This document shows positions 33,801-44,080 of a DNA stretch of 64,000 bases, piece by piece. Under the pieces are notes generated by a model that saw only the letters and a program-made list of their open reading frames with translations, made no database searches and was not told the DNA's origin. The position numbers and the translations under genes are program-made. How positions within the stretch are numbered: the stretch's first letter is position 1; the number at the start of each line of letters is the position of its first letter. This DNA is from Phoronis australis (Eukaryota; Animalia; Phoronida), in contig NMRA01000832.1 in the NCBI GenBank assembly GCA_002633005.1, forward strand, positions 64,861 to 128,860, written 5' to 3'.

Positions 33801-36756
33801 CCAAATGTTTGACCAATAACATTACTAATACCATCACAACTAAAGTCCATTAAAATCCAAACAGTCACTTTGTTTGGCTTTCAGTAAAGTAGTGATGGCT
33901 ATAACTGTAAAGGTCGTGGTGTTTGGAAAACTGGGGGAATAACGCGGCACTATGGTGAGCTCACCTTGCCGTACCACAGATCTCTCCGGCCCTGATACTC
34001 CTTGCTGTAGATTGCCACCTCTGTTCCTTGATCAAAACCAAGTCGATCTTCGCTGATAGGCTTATACCTGGCCACAGTCCTGCCAAATGAGATGACTTCT
34101 GAAATATAAAACAAGCACACAGTTGCATGTAGATCTTAGTGCTCCGATGTGGAAAGATAAAATTTGCCGATTCATGGATCACGAAAAAGTTGACTTGACA
34201 TTCTGACCCCTATAAGCCGAGTCGCATCACCTGAAAATGCCACAACAGCATTTTTTAGTTGACGGATAAGTGGAGTATGTGTATACAAAATTTGATTGTT
34301 CAAGCTTTATTTCAGAATTGGAAGTTGGGATTTTGACCAATTCACAAATGATGACCTGGTAATTTTCACAATGTCCAGGGCTGCATACCCTACGTAACTA
34401 ATACATCAGCTCTGACTCCAAACTAGACTTCAGAAAGATAGTCTACTGAAACTCAACACACATAAATCCTCAATGAGTATACGAGGTCACTAGAGAAAAG
34501 TACCCCATCCATGCTTCTGCCTCTCAGTGTGACCTCCCCACACTGACTATTGGCATTAAGTCTTAAATATCGTTGACGGAACAAAGGACTAATCGAAAAA
34601 AAATTGGTTGCGGGAGTATTTGATCAAGCTGGGTAAGAGTTAAAAAACATCAAAGGCATAACATCAAAGGCACACTAAAGTTCACTTTATGCTCAAAATG
34701 TACCTATATTGAAATGACTCTCACGGTTTGGTCAATGTGAGTCATGAATTGCAGAAAAGCTTTGGGCATATGGCAGCCCTACGGGACGACTACTGTCTGT
34801 GCCTGTGCTGGCCCAGTTCAGACAGAACACATAGCCCCTCAGTTGGCTGGAGAGACAAAACAACACTTCCAATCGGTCTCTGTACTAATTTCGTCCCTGT
34901 GTATTTTAAACGGGCTGTAGTCCAAATCCGTTCACCAAATAAGAGGTTTACACCTTGTCAACACAAGAAGAGACTGGCAGCTGGCCATCGCAAAATTGCA
35001 AAAATAGCATAGGAGGATGTCTGGAGGAGTTTGTGGTAAGATTTACGTCCCTTGGACTTTTTGTTCGTGAACTTGCATGGTTTCAGATGACTTCCTCAAA
35101 ATGGCAACCAGCGATGGAAGCTCGAGTGAAACTCGATACATTTTCATTGATATGTTCAAACTATGATGACTAAATTGTCTCCGGAGTCGAGGTATGTGTT
35201 AATTATAGCTAACTGAATATTCACTGCATGCTTCATTCCATGCTATTTACTGCACATTGAGTAACTTTTGATGGAGATATCGTATTGCCTGTGGACAGCA
35301 TACACAGGCCATGTAATTGCATATACATGATACTGCCTACAGACAGCATAATCATGTCAGTGTCGAAGATTAAGGACGATTATTACGCAATTATCCGATG
35401 AGTTACGGATGAACGGCAATTGCCGATTTGTCACGGAAAGTCACGAAATCGTGACACTCGGCGATTGCTGTTCATCTGTAGAGAATTATGACATAGAGAT
35501 GGCGCTTGGTATTCGCCCTAGCCGCCATGTTTCTTTTGTCTCTCAACCCATTGTTTAATTAGCGGTTACGATCATAGAAAATAACTCGCAAGTATTTCTT
35601 CACTGTTTATTGGTTACAGCAAACTACGATTGATCGTAACCTGAAAGAACAGAGACAGGGGGTAAATACTAGGTCACTAACAAGTGACGTGTGATTACAA
35701 TAGGTTAACAATGCTAGAGATGTGCTAAGGCTACGATAAATAAGGGAATCTTACCGCTAATTAAACAATGGGTTGAGAGACAAAAGAAACATGGCGGCTA
35801 GGGCGAATACCAAGCGCCATCTATATGGCATAATTCTCTAATCTGTAACTCATCGGATAACTCCGTATCAGTCATCCTTGACCTTCGATTTACAGAGGAA
35901 TTGCTCCGGACGGGCTTTTTGGTAAGGTTTTTGTGCTTTGACGAACTGGGTGAAGCAGGACACCGTAAATGGTATTGGGAGAAAGAACAATTCCTCATGG
36001 TTTGTTGAACCTCTGTTTTGTGTAAATATATTGAGTTTTGCGTTTGCTATGGATGGCTGAAGTGAAGCATGTGTGGAATTTCTAGTCGGGAGTGTCATAC
36101 CTTGTAGTATGATATAGTGTATTGGGGACGACCAGAAGCTGAGGACGCCTGTATGTGGTACTAAACTGATATCGTACACTTCAATTTGGCATGGGTTGAT
36201 GAGCCAAACTGATGCCTATACCAAACTAAAGGTACCATAAGTTTTCAAACTACTGCCAGTGGTTTATAGGGTTTTTAACAGTTATTAGAACAGAAATTGA
36301 TGATAATGAGTGAGGGGTCTTCCCCCATCATCCATGTCCATGTGATTAATCAAAATCAATATGACCTGCATACCTAAGCACTGTTGTCAATTTCAGTTCT
36401 GATAACCGTTAAATAAACTATAAAGCACTGGCACTAATTAGGGAACTTAAGATAGCTTCAGTTAGTCAAAAGCATCAGCTTGGCTCACAACCGCGCCAAA
36501 CTGAAATGCGCCAAATCAGAAATCAGTTTGAGCTGCAACAATCTGAACAATGTCTCCGGCTTTCGCCAGGGACCGGCTTCGTCATTCAAGTTTGTGGCAA
36601 AGCAGGAGAAAAAACTATCCCTGTAAAGACAAAGAAAGGTATACCTTTACATTCTTCGTCTGCACACTGTCTTGAGTTGATATCTTGAGTATATACGTTC
36701 TGCACCGTCAAAAATAGCTGAAGCCAAAATACCGCACTCCACTGTCTCCGGCTCAT
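6477..36756 (-). CDS. MIA3: TANGO1 / MIA3 homolog (ER exit-site cargo receptor), whole gene span, 22 coding exons, about 1869 aa
   Basis: Hand-spliced GT-AG exons with consistent phases total 5610 nt. Domain order: signal peptide + CADEEC, SH3/MOTH (RYKP..LGF..G..VAIYSK..DLWYGK.IGEKFG), acidic luminal linker, TM helix, coiled coils with TANGO1/cTAGE5-like motifs (VLRDCF, MMDVSK, EQRSHDAWLAAR), proline-rich domain. Matches the known TANGO1 architecture. Confidence 0.95.
7531..7930 (+). mobile_element. tRNA-derived element with direct repeats and a 5' inverted copy
   Basis: tRNA-like core 7746-7819 (A box TGGCTCAGTGG, D stem GCTC/GAGC, stem TCTGT/GCAGA, degenerate T arm); about 70 bp direct repeats at 7598 and 7856; inverted copy at 7531-7583. 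Confidence 0.7.
7992..8079 (-). CDS. MIA3: TANGO1 exon 21
   Basis: ANGPVRPHAPNDRPGSRTSGAAPSPGLGNR; ttttag and GTATGA boundaries; phases 1/2. Confidence 0.85.
8416..8660 (-). CDS. MIA3: TANGO1 exon 20 (proline-rich domain, PPGAI repeats)
   Basis: LTELERTKALS...PPGAIPPGAIPPGAIPPPPGAIPPG...GGFTN; phases 2/1. Confidence 0.9.
9468..9676. repeat. 18-bp minisatellite (TGAGGTGTAATGCTTAAC), about 11.5 copies
   Basis: Directly visible tandem array; produces the spurious HYTSVK ORF. Confidence 0.97.
9773..9840 (-). CDS. MIA3: TANGO1 exon 19
   Basis: LAARDAQRKLEEAKNEATTLRKR; phases 0/2. Confidence 0.92.
10029..10743. repeat. 34-bp minisatellite (TATCTTGAGACACTAGTGAAACATGTACAGTAAT), about 21 copies
   Basis: Near-identical tandem units with no spacers. 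Confidence 0.98.
11081..11116 (-). CDS. MIA3: TANGO1 exon 18 (36 nt)
   Basis: SVEQEQRSHDAW, resembling the EKKAHxNW motif of TANGO1/cTAGE5; tttcag and GTGAGT boundaries. Confidence 0.9.
11236..11585 (+). repeat. Second copy of the 2525-2870 dispersed repeat
   Basis: Same collinear blocks as 2525-2870. Confidence 0.75.
12363..12525 (-). CDS. MIA3: TANGO1 exon 17
   Basis: QLGEHVVLKKQTGNAVQSAEEKAQKREQEMLVYKQQVTDMKKEIEKLDDTYRKR; phases 2/0. Confidence 0.91.
12833..12971 (-). CDS. MIA3: TANGO1 exon 16
   Basis: EKNQEHIVTVRSLEDAKLTAEREAREAKSELKTLSDYFRQRETDLQM; phases 1/2. Confidence 0.91.
13448..13905 (-). mobile_element. 5'-truncated Penelope-like element: GIY-YIG C-terminus plus pseudo-LTR with inverted copy
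   Basis: Minus-strand relic PSAFGDHL..TINMDNTRVLSREEHW / KIEEAIYFKQ..SLNQDQGLQL; inverted repeat 13465-13511 versus 13863-13905. Confidence 0.8.
14502..14522 (-). CDS. Candidate alternative 21-nt microexon of TANGO1 (not counted among the 22 exons)
   Basis: ctttttctgtttccccAG acceptor, GTGAGT donor, frame-preserving in the phase-1 intron, no stop (AEVWHNW). Confidence 0.5.
14740..14830 (-). CDS. MIA3: TANGO1 exon 15
   Basis: TNSTLKTLEEDKEQFEKRLKEEIKLRENLE; phases 0/1. Confidence 0.9.
15297..15416 (-). CDS. MIA3: TANGO1 exon 14
   Basis: VLRDCFHQLDLGGSKGDDETEEEAAQRREQTMSVMMDVSK (TANGO1-like MMDVS motif). Confidence 0.92.
15820..16059 (-). mobile_element. tRNA-derived SINE, near full length
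   Basis: Head GGCAGTATGGCCTGGTTGATAAG...GTGGGTTCAAGTCCCACCAGGTCAC with A and B boxes; 3' part shared with 19233-19345. Confidence 0.8.
16460..16550 (-). CDS. MIA3: TANGO1 exon 13
   Basis: AKEAKSQLSDLQQQYNELEERFKLKENELE; phases 2/0; GTAAGT donor. Confidence 0.9.
19021..19229 (-). CDS. MIA3: TANGO1 exon 12
   Basis: VLQLDQHAQMLEQAKTSLDTQ...DVKSWKTG; phases 0/2. Confidence 0.9.
19233..19345 (-). mobile_element. 5'-truncated copy of the same SINE abutting the TANGO1 exon 12 acceptor
   Basis: About 105 bp clearly similar to 15825-15929 (taattgcaggc.gtctgatacac...gcactgatcacctggaa...tttttatgctttatta). Confidence 0.8.
19772..19888. repeat. 57-bp tandem duplication
   Basis: gtgtctgttttgagagtaagacaagcctcttgca...tcatttcagtca, two copies. 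Confidence 0.9.
20619..20729 (-). CDS. MIA3: TANGO1 exon 11
   Basis: LHNSSLQEQVAALQQQLTEAQSRLTEFHEWAETKEAS; ttccag and GTAAGT boundaries. Confidence 0.9.
20766..20885. repeat. 60-bp tandem duplication
   Basis: atcgatacaa.gtggaca.aatgggataatg.gttgt.ctttgtacaaggctgatgtga, two copies. Confidence 0.9.
21592..21669 (-). CDS. MIA3: TANGO1 exon 10
   Basis: LLELEKSQKSQKETSFREKQEIQTVH; CAG and GTAAGT boundaries. Confidence 0.88.
22558..22674 (-). CDS. MIA3: TANGO1 exon 9 (basic juxtamembrane segment, start of coiled coil)
   Basis: RNRKRKSVEFNFMELDQKCKLLEIQKESLEEQAEEATRK; phase 0/0. Confidence 0.9.
23084..23182. repeat. About 50-bp tandem duplication
   Basis: cacaccttgatagggtgctc.agac..tggtctacattatacgatga, two copies. 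Confidence 0.9.
23429..23563 (-). CDS. MIA3: TANGO1 exon 8 (transmembrane helix)
   Basis: LPPSVKMILEQEPLGLPPALIVLVALFSVALFISYTLCYFVCDRN; ttgcag and GTAAGT boundaries. Confidence 0.92.
23690..24757 (+). mobile_element. Helentron/HINE (DINE-1/pearl-like) non-autonomous element, copy 1
   Basis: Internal tandem 140-160 bp subunits, (GGAC)n microsatellite, terminal hairpin ATGCGTCCACATAT-AA-ATATGTGGGCACAT; left boundary approximate. Confidence 0.8.
25240..27551 (-). CDS. MIA3: TANGO1 exon 7 (2.3 kb acidic low-complexity luminal exon)
   Basis: ORF 25192..27549 (785 aa) bounded by tttcag acceptor and ATG|GTAAGT donor. Confidence 0.92.
28758..28857 (-). CDS. MIA3: TANGO1 exon 6
   Basis: AQLETESREAFLRRKQEIEKLQAEPDHDDDSAA; TAG acceptor, GTAAGT donor, phases 0/1. 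Confidence 0.87.
29345..30363 (+). mobile_element. Helentron/HINE element, copy 2
   Basis: Highly similar to copy 1; about 441 bp higher-order period, GGAC microsatellite, hairpin 30333-30362; left boundary approximate. Confidence 0.8.
30704..30747 (-). CDS. MIA3: TANGO1 exon 5
   Basis: ttttcttcag acceptor; DDDSEDQEKDEKADD; GTAAGT donor; phases 1/0 fit neighbours. Confidence 0.85.
30925..31086. mobile_element. Small foldback/MITE with about 50 bp imperfect inverted repeats
   Basis: tcctgtctgctacaggaagacttgaaagcaat versus attgctttcaagtctacctgtagcaaacagga. Confidence 0.7.
32204..32936 (-). CDS. MIA3: TANGO1 exon 4 (acidic luminal repeats)
   Basis: Part of ORF 32160..33005; tttcag acceptor; donor GTATGG (an alternative in-frame donor GTAACC lies 6 nt further). 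Confidence 0.88.
33612..33701 (-). CDS. MIA3: TANGO1 exon 3 (SH3/MOTH C-terminal part)
   Basis: IGEKFGIISKTYVKEFKVRHHKLKHTVPIK; AG and GTGAG boundaries, phase 0/0. Confidence 0.92.
33965..34098 (-). CDS. MIA3: TANGO1 exon 2 (SH3/MOTH)
   Basis: ttcag acceptor; EVISFGRTVARYKPISEDRLGFDQGTEVAIYSKEYQGRRDLWYGK; donor GTGAG. Confidence 0.93.
35391..35860. mobile_element. Foldback MITE with about 85 bp near-perfect inverted arms, in TANGO1 intron 1
   Basis: 35480-35566 versus 35753-35840 inverted; outer IR ttatccgatgagttac / gtaactcatcggataa. Confidence 0.8.
36645..36756 (-). CDS. MIA3: TANGO1 exon 1 (signal peptide + CADEEC)
   Basis: MSRRQWSAVFWLQLFLTVQNVYTQDINSRQCADEECK; donor AAG|GTAT, phase 1. 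Confidence 0.93.
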
Positions 36757-36777
36757 TCTCCTTTCGCCATAAATGAA

Positions 36778-37173
36778 CACGTCAGTAACTGTTTGATGCG
36801 ACCTCTGCCGAGAAGTGGCGTTGACGCGAGCGACACCACGCCAATCAGGGGTGAAGATGAAATCATTGGCTAGACTGCCTGCCGCAAATGGAGAGGAAGA
36901 CAAACGCAAAATTCTTGAGCTTCGGCTAGGGATCCCAGAGGTTTAAATTGCAGTCTCAGCTGATGAACGGGTCTTGCTATCAGAATCAGATTATGAGCAT
37001 TTTTCATCGCGCACGGTCCTCAAAAGTCCGCGACTCAAAATCTAGTCAGCCACTGACTCATTAAATTTCATTGAAATAATGATTTTACGATTCCTTTCCA
37101 TTGGCGAAGTTTTCTAGTTGCCGCGAGTGTACGTTAGTGCACGGTACTGTGGTCTCTTAGCTCACTGACGTGG
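36778..37173 (-). promoter_or_regulatory. TANGO1 proximal promoter / 5' region with UPRE/CREB3-type and CCAAT motifs
   Basis: TGACGTGG at 37166-37173 (+), TGACGTG on the minus strand at 36778-36784, CCAAT at 36841 and ATTGG near 36865; CpG-rich relative to the introns. Confidence 0.5.
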
Positions 37174-37842
37174 CCCCTGCTCACTCGCCGGCCGGGACCC
37201 AACCGTTCCGAACATAGCCGCGACGAAGTTTATAGGACTGAAGATCAGTTGCGGCAGAGTAACTAACACTTTGGCGACATCCACCAGGCCCTACACGTAA
37301 AATCTGAAACAAAACTGTTAATTATATGACCCTTATGTCTCAAGTTTTCAATTGCTGAATACTTGGTATATCGTCTGCAATTCACTGAGGCACCATGGGA
37401 AACTACCCAAATGTTGTTGTTTTTTAACTATTTCCAGAAGATGTTACAAGTTCACTGCACAGTTGGGTTGTTTTCATCTTTGTTACCTCTTTTCATGAAA
37501 TAAATCGTTACTTTTTAAAACTGTTTCTTTTACTCGAGAAAACTTGTAACCTAACGCGCAAGTAGGCATACATATAGGATGTGATCCGCCATGTGAAGTA
37601 TTTAAAAAAACTGCCGAAAAAATGTAAGAAACTTAGGAATTCGAAGCGCATGGGATAAATATAAAATGTACCTCGACTGGCGCACATGAAGTAGGCCTTA
37701 ATATCCCAGTCGACCTTATTCCGCGAAATAATATCTCGTGGGATATTACTTCATGTACGCCAGTCCCACTTTCGAGGTACGTTTTGTGTGTGTATTGCCA
37801 TGCAGAGGTTTTCAACAAAACAGATAAATACATACATATGTT

Positions 37843-37900
37843 ACACACAACACACACACACACCCATACGCACACACACACTCATACGCGCACACACACG
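37843..37900. repeat. Imperfect (CA)n microsatellite
   Basis: Directly visible. Confidence 0.85.
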
Positions 37901-37923
37901 GCGTAGATACACATGCTTCTATA

Positions 37924-38100
37924 CAGTGATGGATCTAAGATAGTATGGGGGGTCAACATTTTGTCTCAGGCAAGCGCGCAAAGCACGATTGCATGTGCGC
38001 ACCCAACCTAAAATATAGGGGGCTTCGAATTTCTGAGGATGTGGACCTTTTACTAAAAAACAAACGGGGGACTAAAAAAATAAAAAAAACGGGAATACGG
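37924..38100 (+). repeat. MITE-like dispersed repeat; related copy at about 62315-62405
   Basis: Shared block gggggct.cgaattt...atgtggacc...aaacggggactaaaaaaa...acggg. Confidence 0.6.
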
Positions 38101-41100
38101 TTGCGCCAGTGGTCTGAATCGGACACTTGAAATCAGGTCTGAATTTATTACCATCGTCGACAACTAAAAACTCATAAAATAGCGTTTCTCACTGTGGATT
38201 GGGTGCGTCGGTTAGTCCACGTGTATTACTTGACAGTCCCAAATAAATGTTGTATGTTGATGTTGTCGTTGGCTTATTCAGCCATCATGATACAAACACA
38301 AGACGATAAAACGTAGCTGCAACGAATCGGTAAACACGGGAAAGCGAAAGATTTTCCTGCATTTCAAGCCGCTATATAGGACATGTTATGGTGCCAAAAA
38401 CAACTTTCTTTACAGGGGTATCTACTCTTAGTTCTGACTAAGTAACATCATCACGTTCTCATCATTTGAATTGGAAACGAGTAGATTAAAGCTCTTAGAA
38501 TCCTCCCCTGACGGCCGTATAATGTTTAGGTGGCTGAAACTAACCCGCGCGACAAGCCACTTAAGAGCCAATTCTGCTGCAAAAACGAACTTGCATTTCT
38601 TTTGAGTGCGGAACAAGATGAGACCAACTTTATAACGCTAGGTGGCGTGGGTCGAGTGTATTTATCGGGGCAGTAGACCTTTTGGGCGATAAGGAGTAAG
38701 GTACCTTTTCTTTCACTCCTAACCTGATACAGCACAGGAGGAATTCACTTGAGACTAGTTTTTCACTTGCAAGAGGTTATGTAATGAGAAGGAAAATTTA
38801 TCCTATTCACCCTGCTCAGTTGCAAATCCTGCAAAAAAGCCTATATAAACCCCTCCAGAATTGTGGAAAATTCGGACAGAACAAGAAAAAAAAAACAGGC
38901 AGCACAGCATCTGGTAGAAAAACTCAGAATTCGCATCGACAGCGCGCAACAGTCAACTATTCAAGCGGAGAAGTAGATTTAGAATTACGAAAAAATATAC
39001 AAACTTTTCATAATAATACATTAGCACCAACATACATGGCCCAAACAGCATAGAATGTGAAAATATCATGATACTGAAAAATAGACATTAGCATTCATTA
39101 GAATCGGAAGAATGACAGTTCGGCAAGCTTGATTGAAGACTGCGGTTTGTAACTGTTACCCGATTGCGTCCGAAAATGGCCGATGTTTTTTCCAGAAGAA
39201 TCCAATGACTAACATTTATTTCATTATAAAGATTGTTATTTTGGTATCATTATCTATGAAACGCCGAATTTTCGTGCAATACTAGCTACGTGAGTTTCAA
39301 AGGTCACTTGACTTCGTTTATCAACGGATATCAAAGCCCTGAGACTAATTAGTTGTAGACGAACATTTATTTTTTTTTCAACTAACGCTAGAATGCTACT
39401 ATTGAAATGCACCGTAATTAACGTCAAAGAGGTTTAAAATCTGAAAATTTCTTGGAGAGGCTTCCCAAACCCCCCTGTGGGATAGGTCTTCCCATATGAG
39501 TAGTCCCGGGTTGCCTGCCCACGGTACGGCATTTGCGCCCACGCCTTTTGAAATCATTCAAAAAATTTCCAAAATCACTGAAAGGTCTTGCTTCTGCTCT
39601 TTAATATAAATCTTCCATGCTGGAGGCGACTCAGCATGTCAAGGTTCACTGCTTTCTGGTTTATATGTTTATGAAAGTATACTAAAAGAAAACTTTAAAT
39701 GACCTTTGAAAATTACTAATAATCTTGTAAAAATATTATTCAATGAATTTTGACGCAGATTGAAATTCCATGAAATCGATGTCATACTTCTCCCAAACAA
39801 CGCATTTCAGAGATGGTTTTCGTTAACTTGAAGTCACGAACATCTGGCGGATCTAGAATGTAAAAAGAGGGAGCCCAATTACAACCTCGAAGGGATAAAG
39901 CTCGCGCAACCCTTAATTTTTTGGTCGCGTCCAGAGGGGAGCCCTAAGTCCGCCTATGGCTAACGATATTTTGTGTATTTTACATAGTGCGGCTATGGAA
40001 AATAACCTAAACCAAAAGATGTTTTGGATAGATTAGAAGACACGTTTTTTCCACACTTTGAAGTTTACAGTTGCGACAACTTCGAAATCCTACTTGTATA
40101 ACTGCAATCGGTCACAATCAAAAGGATTCGCCCACAGATTTAATTTAGAATCAGGATATTGTGTTCGACGTTAAGGCAACAACAAATCCAAGGAAATAAA
40201 GATACGCTGTACTGTCATCATGTCGTAAGTAGTGTGTGCTATCACATATCTCAGGCACTTGTCAAACAGAAAACAACGTAATCTAATCTTGAGTCTGGTG
40301 GTAGAATTAAGTAAGATTTGTTTTATCATTCCCTTCCAGGCAGCACTTGACTAAGGGTTTATTTAAGTAAACATGTACTTGTTTGGAGTCACGATGTACA
40401 TAATCCAATTAAGGCTTTTGTTTAATTTAAAAAGATAAAAATACACCCAGTCTTGGAATATTTACGTGACATCTTGTCACCTTACTCGCCTCAAAGTTAT
40501 CGGGCTTTGCTCTTCATCGGATAGGGTTTTTGGTTGTTTGCATTGTTTTGCAGGTATGATTGGGCCAAACGCTATTTTCAGTTTGCTACTTCCGCCTATC
40601 ATGGTTGGATGCTGACAAGAAGACATGTTTTTTTCTAATCGCTAGTTTGGAGGGAGGAGAGAATAGCGCGTTTCATCGATTTTGTACTGGTCCATGGTTA
40701 GTGCCTCAGCCCAAGTTAGCAAAAAATATTGTTAAGGCGAAAAATCCCTTTCCCATGATAAAATTTCAAGGAAAAGAAGCCACTCAGTGTTCTTTTGCGT
40801 TAGAATGAAGACAAGCTGGCTGGAAATGATAGTCGGGAACCTCGAACATTCATGTTCAAACTAGACAAGTAACTGTTTATAAATACTTATATTTATGGAG
40901 GATCCAGGTAGAAATCTCTTGGAACATCGAACTTCAGTGCATAAATTTTGCTTGTCAAAGCGTTACTTTTGGTATTTTGGGTGGCCAGTGAAGCAAACTT
41001 AGTCCGTAGTTTCGATGAGACTTCTGAACTGACGTCGCTATTCACGAGCCCACTGCAGATTCGTCACCTAAACCCGTTAAGAATGGAATACTTGAGTGAC

Positions 41101-41956
41101 ATAAATAGCACTAAGGCCGGTATACCGCATGAGATCAAGAAGAACGCATCAAAAGTGGATCGACTTTTGTGCGTTAAACGTCAGATTTCTGAATTGATCA
41201 GATGCTAATTATCTTGATGAGGTGTCCACTTTGTGCCCCTGTATAGTCAGTGGTCTAGCCATTATTGACGTCATTTTACGACGAATCACGATTTCGGAAT
41301 AGTCCCTATAGAGTCAACTCTTTGGCATGAGCTAACACCTCCAACTGGAAACCTGAAGGCGGGGAACGAACAGAAGTTGAGTCTGAGTGAAACTGATTAC
41401 ATAAGAAATTAATCAGAGAAGTTGCGAAACAAACATGTTCACACCACACAGCAATACACAACACACGCAATACACAACACACGTATTTCTCGCGGTGATG
41501 CGATTGTACACAAATTTTATGCGTAAATGCTAAAATCAGAGCAAACCACAACATTATATAACCTCAATTCTTTCTGAACGCAGCCATCATTAACCAATAC
41601 TGAAACTAAACTCAATCAATATTTAAAGTCTAGGTGACTGTTATATAAACACTATATTAATTGTGTTTGCACAAATCCGTGCGACGACAGATTAAATTTC
41701 AAAAACGCAATACGGAATGGAGTTAGTAGTTTTATTGCGAAGGTTTCTACAACAGTAGGCTTCATTGAAACCATTTAGCTCCATGGCTACGTTTCTGCGC
41801 ATGTCCGTGTTGGATCGTCGGCATATCCTAGCTATTTTATCCACGGACTATTTTAGACTCAATACGCGTATGTCACAAGGATTCAGTGACTCATTACCAG
41901 TACCGTGGAGTGAAATGGTGGGACTTCATCCATGACCTGCTCCCAGTCTATAAAAC

Positions 41957-41970
41957 GTTGCCATGGCAAC
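41957..41970. promoter_or_regulatory. Perfect palindromic RFX X-box (GTTGCCATGGCAAC)
   Basis: Exact X-box consensus palindrome, next to TATAAAA (41949) and AP-1-like TGACTCA motifs, about 1.9 kb upstream of the ATG at 43899. Confidence 0.6.
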
Positions 41971-43898
41971 CATACTTTGTTTGCAATACATTTTAGGAAT
42001 TATGGTAGGCTATTTGACTCTTTGTGACTCAGCCGGGATCGGCTAAAATATGACCTTTAATGACATCTTCTGCAGCCAATATTTACTATGTTACTTTATT
42101 TTCTGATTGTTTTTTTGCCGGGTTGGAGGCTATAGTGGCAATATGATGAGCAATTATTAGTGGGAATAAAATACAAAAGTTCCATTTTCGAGTCCTTTTT
42201 ACACACTCTGGTACTGATCTCGAAATGGAGTGAAAAACACATGAAGTGCAAATTGTACGATAAAGAACACAGATATCGCCGCACAGCAATAATTTTGTGA
42301 ATACTCCAAGGTGTATAGTTCGTTAAACAAATCCCTTTTGATATTGTGCAAGTTTACTGGCATTAGCGGTTTTACGGTAGAAAATACATTTTTTTGGATC
42401 CGATAAACTTCGTGAAATTATTAGCTGTGACCAGAAATACAAAACAAGAAATCCGTTGTGTTTTTGTGATTCGATTGCACAACACACTTACAATACTGTC
42501 TCAGTTATCGAGTGGTATGTAGCTCTGCCAGCAGAGGGTTTGGGGTTCCAGCCTCGATTCCGTGCTAAGGCTGGTCTAAAAAAATCTCTTTCTCGCCAGT
42601 AATGCCACTTTAATTGTTTACCACGATAACGGCCAAAGCCCAACTGCGGATATTTCAAGTTTAACGGGAGAACTTTTAATTTTGCAAATACGATCGGACT
42701 CGCTTGGGGACACTTATTGTTTCTCTGACATTAATTGACAGCAATATATTTTTTTTTAAAATAAATCAGAATAAAACTGCATTTTCTTTTAGGAGTTGCC
42801 CGAAAAAAAAACGTCTCCAAGTCTTGCTACAAAATCGATTTTTCTTACTGCGATAAGACTTTGCTTACGTTACAACGGAAAACATCTATGGTATTTAGGC
42901 TAAAGTGGAAAGAAAACGCCGTGTCAGAAAAAAAAATGCATTTCATGGCCTAGTTTCTAAATCTCATTTGTTCTAAAGCCTGGTTCGGTGTTTAAGTTCG
43001 GTGAGGAATCTAATTCCTGGAACTGGAGTTTGGTCCAATGACGTAATAAAGGCACGGGTACCCCGGGTTTGTTGTTTGCAGGAGAGATTGGGGTTGTTTA
43101 TAGGACAGTCACTGGAATTGAGAAACGTAGCCATGGAATCGTTTTCACCGCTCCAGTGAACATGTCGGTTTCAATTAAAATTGCAATCACAGCCGTAGGT
43201 TGACTTGCTGTCTTTCACCTCTAATAGAACTTTTGAATATTGATGCTGACGTGGCGCGGAAGTTTGTCTAGGCTGACTAGCCTTAATTAGCACGTTTCTG
43301 GCGTGCGTTCCGTAAACGTTAGAACCTCGCAAAATCACAAGATCACGCAAGACTTTGGGAAATACCCCCACAGTGTATTACAAGGGAAGCACGCGATCAC
43401 ACTAGCTCCCTTAGCGAGATTGTTGTGACTGGGGGACACAACCATTGATTCTCACGTGACGCAGACGTTGAAGGGAAATGCCACTTTAATAGCCTTAACC
43501 AATGTGACATTTACAATTTGCTGCCCCCTAAAATATATAGAACGCGGCGATCGAACTTGAAGTAATCCCCTCAATGTGATAACAGGTGCTGGATTGGACG
43601 CGAGACATGGAAACTCAGTTATGAAGAAGCGCGTGAAATCGGTCGATTTTGACGTAGTACTCAGTAAAGCAATCTTTATTTCCTCGATCAATTCTGCGAC
43701 GGACTATCGTTATCAGAAAATTCTCAGTACCTCAATTGTGGACGGATTACCCGAGGTGTTATAAGGATCGCCGTCAATTACCTGCACCGTACCGTACCTT
43801 ACGAGTGGGCAAACATCATTCGTTTGATTGAAAAATCAATCTCAAGATTTGCATTTTTTGCAAGAAGTTAAATCGGGATCAGAATTAGCTGTGAAGAA

Positions 43899-44080
43899 AT
43901 GAGCCGTAGTGGGGAACTAGGACACCTGTATCACGATTCCGGGATAAATAATGAATATACCGCTTTGGATGCCAAAGAAAGACTTCGCACGCGGGAGATA
44001 AATGCCAGAGAAGAGCGAATACTGACAGATCAAACCAAAGTTCTTGACTATGCTAAACGTCTCACGGAAAAGCGACACAG
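43899..44080 (+). CDS. Uncharacterised coiled-coil/basic protein, coding exon 1
   Basis: ATG ORF MSRSGELGHL...REINAREERILTDQTKVLDYAKRLTEKRHR ending at CAG|GCAAGT (GC donor, phase 2). Confidence 0.65.

Noticed and set aside
42498-42595. Possible degenerate tRNA-SINE head
   Set aside because: A and B boxes too decayed and no second copy in the window
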